DNA of 52,405 bases. Origin: a virus. Its lineage: Duplodnaviria; Caudoviricetes. Every line of letters begins with the position of its first letter. The first letter of the stretch is position 1. Below, piece by piece: positions 27,317 to 35,443 of this stretch. The stretch lies in IMG/VR virus record IMGVR_UViG_3300021440_000028, positions 1 to 52,405 of that record, one strand, 5' to 3'. The position numbers were made by a program, and so were the translations under genes. The notes beneath the pieces are model-generated. The model was not told the DNA's origin and did not search any database. It saw nothing but the letters and a program-made list of their open reading frames with translations.

Positions 27317-27685
27317 TCAGCCCAGCGGCCAGCCGGTGGGCAGGAAGATGGAGACAACCGCCACAGCGGCGACAACCGCCAGCGGCCAGAGCAGCGAGCG
27401 CAGCAGGCCGGGCAGCTCCTCGAACGTGCGCGACGGCTCGCGGTGCATGCCGCCCTCGACGGCGGCCGACTCGTCCAGCGCGCCCCAGCCGCTGTGCCGC
27501 TGCGCCTGGTCATCGCCCAGCGCGTCGGCGCTGCCGGGGCCGGTGGCGACGGTGTCCTCGAAGTCGGAGCGGCGGCCGAAGCCGCGGACCGCCCGGCGAC
27601 CCTGCTCGTCCAGACCTGCCGGCATCAGCCGCTCGCCGCGCTGGCGCGCAACGTCGTCGCGCAGGATGTGCAGAAGCTGTCCCAT
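27317..27685 (-). CDS. Hypothetical protein with a C-terminal TM helix
   Basis: ATG 27685 after GAGGAG; hydrophobic C-terminus. Confidence 0.6.
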   Translation of the reverse strand: MGQLLHILRDDVARQRGERLMPAGLDEQGRRAVRGFGRRSDFEDTVATGPGSADALGDDQAQRHSGWGALDESAAVEGGMHREPSRTFEELPGLLRSLLWPLAVVAAVAVVSIFLPTGWPLG

Positions 27686-27783
27686 GTCGATCTCCTCAGA
27701 AGCCGGCGCCAGCCAGGGCGCCAAGAACAAGGCCAATGACGATTGCGGCGAGCCAGTCGGCCCATGTGGTGCGCGAGTCCATT

Positions 27784-28125
27784 TCAGACACCGTGCATGC
27801 GGGCGCCCATCGCGTCCGTGGTGCTGGCGTAGAACGTGCCGTTGATGATCTGGTGGCCAGTGCGCACGCTGCCGCGGGCGATGTACTCGGGTGCGTCCAG
27901 GGCCTGCGCGTCGTCGTGGACGTAGCCCAGTCGCAACTGCTGCTGCACGCCGCACTCTGGGCCGGTCATGCCGTAGCGCGGCGGTTCCAGCGTGATGCCG
28001 ATGCGCACGGGCCGCGTCTGCTGCTCCACGATCGCGACCCGCTGCTGCAGGTGCCGCTGGATGGTCATGTCGCTGGCGCGCGGCATCACAGCCCGCACCG
28101 CTTCGATCTCGGCGGGGCTGAACAT
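27784..28125 (-). CDS. Hypothetical protein
   Basis: ATG 28125, coupled to the upstream gene. Confidence 0.55.
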   Translation of the reverse strand: MFSPAEIEAVRAVMPRASDMTIQRHLQQRVAIVEQQTRPVRIGITLEPPRYGMTGPECGVQQQLRLGYVHDDAQALDAPEYIARGSVRTGHQIINGTFYASTTDAMGARMHGV

Positions 28126-28403
28126 CACAGGCCCGCCCCAAAGCGGCTGCGCTCGCAGTCGTGGCCCAGCTCGGCCACCGTGTCGGCGTCGAAGTACGCG
28201 GCCGGGATCGCCGCGCCGTTGATGCTGATCTGCTCGACCTCGGCGCGCTCGTCGCGGCCGACCATCGTCAGCACGTAGCGCACGATCACCGGCGTCTCGT
28301 GCAGCACCGCGACGCACTCGCCGCCGTCTGCGCCGTGCTGCGGCACGTAGCCCGGCACGCTGTGCGCGGCCAGGGCCTGCGCGGTCAGTTCTGCGTGTGC
28401 CAT
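28125..28403 (-). CDS. First gene of the leftward early operon, hypothetical
   Basis: ATG with RBS about 50 nt downstream of PL. Confidence 0.65.
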   Translation of the reverse strand: MAHAELTAQALAAHSVPGYVPQHGADGGECVAVLHETPVIVRYVLTMVGRDERAEVEQISINGAAIPAAYFDADTVAELGHDCERSRFGAGL

Positions 28404-28456
28404 CTCAACCCCTTGCCGCCACCCGACCCGGTGGGTCTGTCGGTTGGCGTGGGTGT

Positions 28457-28497
28457 ATTACACCGAATGGTGAACATCGTGTCAACACCAAACGGTG
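28457..28497 (-). promoter_or_regulatory. PL promoter with two OL operators
   Basis: TTGACA (28485-28480), 17 bp, TGTAAT (28462-28457); palindromes CACCGAATGGTG 28461-28472 and CACCAAACGGTG 28486-28497. Confidence 0.8.
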
Positions 28498-28541
28498 AAG
28501 TTTCTGCGACACTCGCACCGCGCCCCTAGTTCGCGGGCGTG

Positions 28542-28566
28542 AAAAAGCCCGCACGGGGCGGGCTTC
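28542..28566 (-). terminator. Intrinsic terminator for leftward transcripts
   Basis: AAGCCCGC-ACGGG-GCGGGCTT stem with a T-run on the minus strand. Confidence 0.7.
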
Positions 28567-28593
28567 AGCGGCCGAGAGGCCAGGAGGTCAGAG

Positions 28594-28941
28594 ATGAACA
28601 GCACCAGCACCGCCGCGCCGGCGGTAACTCTGTGCGCGCGGGTCGGCGCTCATGCGATGGCGCGGGCCTACCGCGCCTGCCACGCGGAGCACGTCAACGC
28701 CGCCGCGCGTCGTCAGGCCATGGTCAGCGCGGCCGTCGGCGCCGTTCGGACGGGGCGGCAATTGCTGCTCGGCGCCAGCCAGGCCTGGGATGCCGCCGCC
28801 GTGCAGACGGCGGCGATGGAACAGGCGATCGACATGGCCCTGCAGGCGCATAGCCCCCACTACGGCCCGCCACCGGACAGCGAACAGGACGTGCTGGCGG
28901 CCTACGCCGCCATCGTCGAAGAGGCAAGCCGCGCCGGCTGA
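28594..28941 (+). CDS. Hypothetical protein (immunity region)
   Basis: AGGAGG RBS; Ala-rich helical ORF. Confidence 0.6.
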   Translation: MNSTSTAAPAVTLCARVGAHAMARAYRACHAEHVNAAARRQAMVSAAVGAVRTGRQLLLGASQAWDAAAVQTAAMEQAIDMALQAHSPHYGPPPDSEQDVLAAYAAIVEEASRAG

Positions 28942-28957
28942 TCGGCGCAGGATGGGA

Positions 28958-29137
28958 TCAGGGCTTCTTGCCCTGCTCCAGCAGCGCGACCTTGGCCTCA
29001 AGGTCGTTCACGCGGCGCATCATCTGCGCCAGCATCGCCTGCAGTCCCTGCTGCGCGCTGAAGTTGGCTGGGTTGGCGATCAGCTTGCGGATGTTGTCCG
29101 CCAAGATGGTCGCCCAGTCGTCGGTTGCCTGCGGCAT
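28958..29137 (-). CDS. Small coiled-coil protein downstream of cI
   Basis: ATG 29137 after AGGGAG. Confidence 0.6.
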   Translation of the reverse strand: MPQATDDWATILADNIRKLIANPANFSAQQGLQAMLAQMMRRVNDLEAKVALLEQGKKP

Positions 29138-29175
29138 GGTTCTCTCCCTTGTGATGCCCGGATGCGCCGGGCGCG

Positions 29176-29475
29176 CTACCCGATCTGAATGCAGGTGTAG
29201 GAGTCGCCAAAGGTCTTGTTCTTGAGCGTCCCGGAGCCGCCGCGGATGTAGAGCGTCCACCCTTCGCTGTCGGCCTTGGTGATGTCGCCCCTGCGCTCAA
29301 CTGATACAGCCTGCGGACCGCCAATGCGCGACGTCTTCGGATTGGTGACAGTGAGCGCCGATCCGGCCAGCGTTGCCACACGCACGGAAGCCTTGTCGGC
29401 GTCGTTCTGACACTGCATGCGCTGCGCCTGGGCGCCCACGGACGCCACAGCCAGCATCAGCAGAGCGGCGCGCAT
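29176..29475 (-). CDS. Secreted protein co-transcribed with cI (candidate superinfection exclusion)
   Basis: MRAALLMLAVASVGAQA signal peptide; two Cys; coupled to the cI stop codon. Confidence 0.65.
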   Translation of the reverse strand: MRAALLMLAVASVGAQAQRMQCQNDADKASVRVATLAGSALTVTNPKTSRIGGPQAVSVERRGDITKADSEGWTLYIRGGSGTLKNKTFGDSYTCIQIG

Positions 29476-30107
29476 CAGACCTCTCCCGAGTCCCGACCCG
29501 TGACCACGGCCAGCAGCTGCACGCCGTCGCCGCTGTGCAGCGTCATGTATGCCGTGTTGCGCGCCTCGGCCCGCCAGGCGCCGCCCAGGCCCTGCGCGTA
29601 GCGTCTGACGTGCCGGCCTCCGGCCGCGTCCTGCACCAGCACGCCATGCCCGATCACCGGATATGCCTCGGTGCTGAAGTGCAGTACCAAGCCGCGCGGC
29701 GTATCGGGTGCCAGCGCGTCGTCTGGCATGGCGGCGCGGAAGCGTTTGGGCAAGTCGGAGGCGGGCACAGACAAGATGAACTCCCATGGGTGTTTCGGGG
29801 ATTCATCGTCGGGCTCTGGGTGTCTCAGTTCCTGAGCTACTGTATGGGCGCCCACTCCCTCTGATGGGTGCTGTGTGGGCGTCCAGTCCACAAGGTCAAG
29901 GCTGCCTCGCGGAAGGTCTAGACCCTCCTCAATGCGCCGGGCCACCTTCTCCCCGAAGGACCGCGCGCCGGCCAGCATGCCGCTCCAGTAGCTGATGTTG
30001 CTGCCGAGCCTGTCGGCAAGGTGCCGCGCGCGGTCGCGCTCCTCCACGTGGCGCGCTTTCAGCAGCGCCCGGAGGTTGTGCACGCGCACCAGCTTCTCAT
30101 CGGCCAT
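29475..30107 (-). CDS. CI-like repressor: HTH plus degenerate S24 domain
   Basis: ATG 30107; HTH ending GEKVARRIE..L.LP.G.LD; S24-like C-terminus; divergent from cro. Confidence 0.85.
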   Translation of the reverse strand: MADEKLVRVHNLRALLKARHVEERDRARHLADRLGSNISYWSGMLAGARSFGEKVARRIEEGLDLPRGSLDLVDWTPTQHPSEGVGAHTVAQELRHPEPDDESPKHPWEFILSVPASDLPKRFRAAMPDDALAPDTPRGLVLHFSTEAYPVIGHGVLVQDAAGGRHVRRYAQGLGGAWRAEARNTAYMTLHSGDGVQLLAVVTGRDSGEV

Positions 30108-30133
30108 GTCGATCGATTGCACCGCGCCGCATT

Positions 30134-30174
30134 CACTCAAAGGTGTTGCACTTGCGTTCACCGTTTGGTGTAAT
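30134..30174 (+). promoter_or_regulatory. PR promoter with OR operators
   Basis: TTGCAC (30146-30151), 17 bp, TGTAAT (30169-30174); operators CACTCAAAGGTG 30134-30145 and CACCGTTTGGTG 30159-30170. Confidence 0.8.
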
Positions 30175-30180
30175 GCGGGC

Positions 30181-30462
30181 ATGGACCTGAAGACCTTCCT
30201 CAAGAACCTGGCCGATGACAGCGCGCGGGAGGAGTTCGCCCGTGACTGCGACACCAGCACCGGGCACATGCGGAACTGCATCTACGTCCCGGGAAAGCTA
30301 CTCGCGCCGGCTACGTGTGTGCTGGTGGAGAAGAACAGCGCCCGCGCCGTCATGCGCTGGGACCTGCGCCCCGACGACTGGCACCGCATCTGGCCCGAGC
30401 TGGTGGGCCAGCCGGGCGCGCCGACCGTTCCTGCCCCCGACGCGCAGAAGGCGGTGGCGTGA
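30181..30462 (+). CDS. Cro-like regulator (YdaS-like)
   Basis: MDLKTFL..E.FA..C.TS.GH and V.R.DLRPDDW.RIWPEL motifs. Confidence 0.85.
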   Translation: MDLKTFLKNLADDSAREEFARDCDTSTGHMRNCIYVPGKLLAPATCVLVEKNSARAVMRWDLRPDDWHRIWPELVGQPGAPTVPAPDAQKAVA

Positions 30463-30472
30463 ATGGCCTCCG

Positions 30473-30745
30473 TCAGTTCAGCGACTGGCCGGGTTCTGGC
30501 CCTGCAAGTGGATCGCGTTGCCGTTCTTGCAGGTCGAGTGCATACGCCCGCAGTCCATCTGCCATTGCCAGCGCAGCCTCGACTGTCATCACGACAGCCG
30601 GCAAGCGCACAGGCCGCTGCTCTCGATCGATCGGAACCGGAACGGTCCGAAGGTGCAGCGTGAGCATGCGCACGACGCCGCCCGCCGTGTGTGCCTCGTA
30701 CTCGGTCAGGTTGACCGCGTCCAACTGGTGCACGTCGATTTCCAT
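30473..30745 (-). CDS. Counter-oriented hypothetical protein (moron-like)
   Basis: ATG 30745; compact globular ORF opposite the PR operon. Confidence 0.5.
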   Translation of the reverse strand: MEIDVHQLDAVNLTEYEAHTAGGVVRMLTLHLRTVPVPIDREQRPVRLPAVVMTVEAALAMADGLRAYALDLQERQRDPLAGPEPGQSLN

Positions 30746-30837
30746 GGGTTGCCCGCTCGTGGCGGCTGAAGTCCGGGGGGACTCCAGCATGGCACGGGCC
30801 GGGCGCCCGCCCTTCCACCCGACCAAGGAGCGCTGAC

Positions 30838-30957
30838 ATGCGCAAGCACCTGATCACCCTCGCCATCCTGCTGACGACCGCCACTGCCGCCCACGCCGGC
30901 CGCCGAGACGGCTGGATCGGCCGGTTCTTCCTCGACCTGCTGTCGCTGGTGTCGTGA
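30838..30957 (+). CDS. Small signal-peptide-like protein
   Basis: AAGGAG RBS; MRKHLITLAILLTTATAAHAG... Confidence 0.5.
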   Translation: MRKHLITLAILLTTATAAHAGRRDGWIGRFFLDLLSLVS

Positions 30958-31061
30958 TGGCCATCGCCTCCGACATCGGCTGCCGCCTGCTCTACGCCGG
31001 CTGCGTGCTCACGCTGACGCTGGCTGCGTGCTTCGCCGTGGCGCGGGTGTGGGGTGTCTGA

Positions 31062-31325
31062 ATGCTGACCGCCACCGCGACCGCCCAGGCTCTGCACCAC
31101 GTACAGGTGGCGCTCTACACGCCGCGCACGGGCCTGCATGCCGCCGCCTTGAGCCGGCGCCGCACGCCTGACGGCTTCAGCGCTGAATTGCACCGCGACC
31201 TCGGCATGTGGCTGCTGCGCGCCGTGTTCGACGAGTGGCACCTGCAGTCGCTGCTGCCGACCGAGGCGCGCCAACGACGACGCGCCGAGCCTGCCGGGCG
31301 CGGCCTGAATCCCGATGCGAACTGA
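31062..31325 (+). CDS. Hypothetical protein
   Basis: ORF in the PR operon. Confidence 0.5.
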   Translation: MLTATATAQALHHVQVALYTPRTGLHAAALSRRRTPDGFSAELHRDLGMWLLRAVFDEWHLQSLLPTEARQRRRAEPAGRGLNPDAN

Positions 31326-31404
31326 ACTCCGATTGACGGCTGCTCTGGATAGCGAAGAGCGCGGCGCGGTGCCTCAGCGCATTGATGGTGGCGCTGGCAA
31401 CACG

Positions 31405-31926
31405 ATGAGCTGCCAACTCAGCCAAGACGATCTGCGGATGTTGCGGTCTTGCGGCGCGATCAAGGCTTACCAGACGCAGAAACACCATGCGGTTCGCCGC
31501 GGCGTCGACTTCCATTTGACGCTGGAAGAGTGGTGGGCCGTCTGGAGCTTCAGCGGTCACTTTAGTGAGCGGGGCCGTGGGGCATACCGCTACTGCATGA
31601 GTCGGCATGGAGACGTTGGCCCATATGCCGTCGGCAACGTGTTCATTCAGACCAATGCGCAGAACGTCAGCGAGTTCAGAAAGCGGTTCGTCAGCGAAGG
31701 GCGCCAGCGCCTGAGTCGTAGCCGAATTGGCACCGGGCGCGGCTGGGGGTTCTATCCCGAGCGCAGCAGGTCCAAGCCGTACTTGGTGCAGGTGGCTGGA
31801 ACCAAGCCCACATCGCACGCAACGCAAGCCGAGGCCGAGGCCGAGTACCAGCGGCGATCCGCCGCCGTACTCGCCGAGCGGGAAATGGAGCGTGCGGCAG
31901 TGGTGCATGACCAAGCATCACATTGA
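31405..31926 (+). CDS. His-Me finger (HNH-like) endonuclease with an AP2-like C-terminus
   Basis: RG..F.LT.EEW..W and YCM.R.GD.GPY..GNV...N..N motifs; visibly lower GC. Confidence 0.65.
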   Translation: MSCQLSQDDLRMLRSCGAIKAYQTQKHHAVRRGVDFHLTLEEWWAVWSFSGHFSERGRGAYRYCMSRHGDVGPYAVGNVFIQTNAQNVSEFRKRFVSEGRQRLSRSRIGTGRGWGFYPERSRSKPYLVQVAGTKPTSHATQAEAEAEYQRRSAAVLAEREMERAAVVHDQASH

Positions 31927-32001
31927 CGCGTGATGCGCACAACAGACCACATGAGCGGCTGTCCCTTGTCGGGGGGAAGCCACCAACCACAGGAGAAGTG
32001 C

Positions 32002-32172
32002 ATGTCACGAGGTCAACGACCCAACCTGATCCGAGCAGGCCGGCCAACGAAGCTGTCCAAGGTCCTGGCGCAGTGCAACGCCGACGCCGAGCGCATGCGG
32101 CAGGAAGCCGCGCAGCGGGCGAAGACGGACCAGCCGGCGCCGGTTGTGCTGGGCGAGAAGGTGGCAGCGTGA
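32002..32172 (+). CDS. Small hypothetical protein
   Basis: AGGAG RBS; overlaps the next start codon. Confidence 0.55.
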   Translation: MSRGQRPNLIRAGRPTKLSKVLAQCNADAERMRQEAAQRAKTDQPAPVVLGEKVAA

Positions 32173-34673
32173 GCGACTACACCGCTTTCCTGCGCCAGAA
32201 GATCAAGATGGCCAGCTTCAAGGGCTTCCAGGTGGAGCCCGAGGCCTGCCATCCCTGCCTGTTCCCGCACCAGCGCGACATCGTGCGCTGGGCCGTGCTG
32301 GGCGGTAACCGCGCCATCTTCGCCAGCTTCGGCCTGGGCAAGAGCGTGATGCAGTGCGAGTGGTTGCGGCAGATCGGCGCGGCCGTGCCGGGCGATGACC
32401 CTCTGCTGATCGTCTGCCCGTTGGGCGTGCGGCAGGAACTGATCCGCGACGCGGCGATGCTCGGCATCGAGCTGCGGTTCATCCGCACCGAGGCCGAGAT
32501 GGAGCCGGGCCACCGCTTCTACTGCACGAACTACGAGAGCGTGCGCGACGGCAAGCTGAACCCGCAGATCTTCCTGGCCGTCAGCCTGGACGAGGCGAGC
32601 GTGCTGCGCAGCTTCGGCAGCAAGACCTATCAGGAGTTCCTGCCGCTGTTCGAAGGCGTGCGCTTCAAGCTGGTGAACACGGCCACGCCGAGCCCGAACC
32701 GCTTCAAGGAGTTGATCCACTACGCCGGCTTCCTGGGCGTGATGGACACCGGCCAGGCGCTGACCCGGTTCTTCCAACGCGACAGCGAGAAGGCCGGCAA
32801 CCTGACGCTCTACCCGCACAAGGAGCAGGAGTTCTGGCTGTGGGTGAGCAGCTGGGCAGTCTTCGTGCAGCGCCCGAGCGACCTGGGCTACAGCGACGAG
32901 GGCTATGACCTGCCGCCGATCGAGGTCCGGTACCACGAGGTGCCGACCGACTACAGCCAGGCCGGCGCCGACCGCGACGGGCAGGTCCTGATGTTCACCG
33001 ACCCGGCGCTGGGTCTGAGTGCTGCAGCAGCCGAGAAGCGCGACAGCATGCCTGCTCGCGTGGCGAAGGTGGCGGAGATCCTGGCCGCTTCACCGGCTGA
33101 CCACTTCGTGATCTGGCACGACCTGGAAAGTGAGCGGCACGCCCTGCAGGCGGCGATCCCCGAGGCCGTCAGCGTCTGGGGCAGCCAGGACCTGGACGAG
33201 CGCGAGCGCCGCATCGTGGCCTTTGGCGACGGTGAGTTCCGCGTGCTGTCGACCAAGCCGGTGATCGCCGGCAGCGGCTGCAACTTCCAGCGCCACTGCC
33301 ACCGCGAGGTCTTCGCCGGGATCGGCTTCAAGTTCAACGACTTCATCCAGGCCATCCACCGCGTGCAGCGCTTCCAGCAGCCGCACCCGGTGGTGATCGA
33401 CATCGTCTACAGCGAAGCCGAGCGCGAGGTCCTGCGCACGCTGCAGCAGAAGTGGACCCAACACGAGGAGATGGTGCAGAACATGACCGAGATCATCAAG
33501 CAGTACGGCCTGAACCAGTTGGCCATGCAGGAGGTGCTGGCCAGGTCGATCGGCGTGAAGCGTCTGGAGGTCAAGGGCGACCTGTTCGCGGTGGCCAACA
33601 ACGACTGTGTGGAAGAGGCGAAGCTGCAGCCCGAGAACCACGTCGACCTGATCGTCACCAGCATCCCGTTTGCGAACCACTACGAATACAGCCCGAGCTA
33701 CAACGACTTCGGGCACACCGAGGACAACGACCACTTCTGGCAGCAGATGGACCATCTGACGCCCGAGCTGCTGCGCATCCTGAAGCCGGGCCGCATCTAC
33801 GCCTGCCACGTCAAGGACCGGATCCTGTTTGGCAACGTGACCGGCGCCGGCGCACCGACCGTCAGCCCGTTCCACTGCGAGGCCATCATGCACGGCCGCA
33901 AGCACGGCTTAGACTACATGGGCCTGATCACCGTCGTCACTGACGTGGTGCGGGAGAACAACCAGACCTACCGCCTGGGCTGGTCCGAGCAGTGCAAGGA
34001 CGGCACGAAGATGGGCGTCGGGTCGCCCGAGTACATCGTCCTGTTCCGCAAGCCGCAGACCGATCGGTCGAAGGGCTACGCCGACGTGCCGGTGGCCAAG
34101 TCGAAGCAGGCCTACACCCGCGCGCACTGGCAGGTCGACGCGCATGCCTTCTGGCGCAGCAGCGGCAACCGGCAGATCACCGCCGACGAGCTCGCCGGCC
34201 TGGGTCCGGACAAGCTGGCCAGCATCTTCACGCAGTACAGCCTGCAGCACGTCTACGACTACGAGTTCCACGTCCGGATCGGCGAGGAACTGGAGGCCCG
34301 CGGCGCGCTGCCGTCGACCTTCATGAGCCTGGCGCCCGGTAGCCATCACCCGGATGTGTGGCACGACGTGACCCGCATGCTGACGCTGAACAGCGAGCAG
34401 AGCCGGCGCGCGGTCGAGAAGCACGTCTGCCCGCTGCAGTTCGACATCGTGGACCGCCTGATCGAGCGCTACAGCAACGCGGGCGAGCTGGTCTATGACC
34501 CGTTCTGTGGCCTGGGGACCGTGCCCTACCGGGCCATCCTGAAGGGCCGGCGCGGCGGTGGCAGCGAGCTGAACCCGGCCTACTTCCTGGACCAGGTGCA
34601 CTACCTGAAAGCGGCCGAGCGCGAGTTCTCCATGCCGTCGCTGTTCGATGCGCTGGAGGCGGAAGCCGCATGA
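32169..34673 (+). CDS. SNF2-like helicase fused to a beta-class N4/N6 DNA methyltransferase
   Basis: GTG 32169; GLGKS, LDEAS, TATPSPN and QAIHR..RFQQ helicase motifs; VTSIPF (motif IV), HVCPLQ and DPFCGLGT (motif I). Confidence 0.9.
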   Translation: MSDYTAFLRQKIKMASFKGFQVEPEACHPCLFPHQRDIVRWAVLGGNRAIFASFGLGKSVMQCEWLRQIGAAVPGDDPLLIVCPLGVRQELIRDAAMLGIELRFIRTEAEMEPGHRFYCTNYESVRDGKLNPQIFLAVSLDEASVLRSFGSKTYQEFLPLFEGVRFKLVNTATPSPNRFKELIHYAGFLGVMDTGQALTRFFQRDSEKAGNLTLYPHKEQEFWLWVSSWAVFVQRPSDLGYSDEGYDLPPIEVRYHEVPTDYSQAGADRDGQVLMFTDPALGLSAAAAEKRDSMPARVAKVAEILAASPADHFVIWHDLESERHALQAAIPEAVSVWGSQDLDERERRIVAFGDGEFRVLSTKPVIAGSGCNFQRHCHREVFAGIGFKFNDFIQAIHRVQRFQQPHPVVIDIVYSEAEREVLRTLQQKWTQHEEMVQNMTEIIKQYGLNQLAMQEVLARSIGVKRLEVKGDLFAVANNDCVEEAKLQPENHVDLIVTSIPFANHYEYSPSYNDFGHTEDNDHFWQQMDHLTPELLRILKPGRIYACHVKDRILFGNVTGAGAPTVSPFHCEAIMHGRKHGLDYMGLITVVTDVVRENNQTYRLGWSEQCKDGTKMGVGSPEYIVLFRKPQTDRSKGYADVPVAKSKQAYTRAHWQVDAHAFWRSSGNRQITADELAGLGPDKLASIFTQYSLQHVYDYEFHVRIGEELEARGALPSTFMSLAPGSHHPDVWHDVTRMLTLNSEQSRRAVEKHVCPLQFDIVDRLIERYSNAGELVYDPFCGLGTVPYRAILKGRRGGGSELNPAYFLDQVHYLKAAEREFSMPSLFDALEAEAA

Positions 34674-35443
34674 CCACCGTCACCCGCCCCGCGCTGCTGT
34701 CCGCTATCGCCTACATGCTGCAGGGCGCCGGCCTGACCGAGCAGGAAGTTCAGCAGCTGGCCGGCATGATGGGCGTGAAGCTCGAAGCCGCGCCGATCGT
34801 GCTGCCGCCGAAGGCGCACGACGCCGACAAGCTGCTGCCGCGCGAGCTGGAGGTGCTGCAGCGCATCGACAACGCGGACGGCGCCAGCGTGCCTGAACTC
34901 ATGGCCATCATGGGTCTGAGCATCCAGGCCGTCTCCGGCTATGTGGCGAAGCTGCAGCGCGTGGGCTGCATCGTCCGTGTGAAGGCGCCCGGTGTGCGTG
35001 CTCCGCGCTGCTTCACCGATCCGGCTGCCGCCCAGCGCTGGGTGGACAGCCACCAGCAGCGCGCAGACGCTGAGTTGCAGGCCGTCCGGAAGTCGTTGGA
35101 CGCCAAGCATCAGGCCGAGCGCGAGCGCATCGCAGCCAAGCAGGCCGAGCGAGACCGAAAGGCCGCCGAGAAGGCACAGGCCAAGGCGGCGAAGGATGCA
35201 GCGAAGCCGGCACCGAAGCCGCGTCCGGCGCCCACGCCGGCGCAGAACGTGACGATCCTGAACAAGCCGGCAAGCGTGCGGCTGGAGGGCCCGGCAGTCG
35301 AAACCGTGGCGACACGCCGCACGATCGACAACACCCGACGGCCCGGCAGCCGCGTCGAGGCCGCTGCACCGCTGCCGCCAGATCCGCGCTACCCGAGCTT
35401 CGCCGACGAATGGCGCCGGCTCCGCGGGGAGGCTGCGGCGTGA
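34670..35443 (+). CDS. Winged-HTH DNA-binding protein
   Basis: RELEVL..I....GASV.EL...MGLS.QAVS.YV..L...G. Confidence 0.65.
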   Translation: MTTVTRPALLSAIAYMLQGAGLTEQEVQQLAGMMGVKLEAAPIVLPPKAHDADKLLPRELEVLQRIDNADGASVPELMAIMGLSIQAVSGYVAKLQRVGCIVRVKAPGVRAPRCFTDPAAAQRWVDSHQQRADAELQAVRKSLDAKHQAERERIAAKQAERDRKAAEKAQAKAAKDAAKPAPKPRPAPTPAQNVTILNKPASVRLEGPAVETVATRRTIDNTRRPGSRVEAAAPLPPDPRYPSFADEWRRLRGEAAA

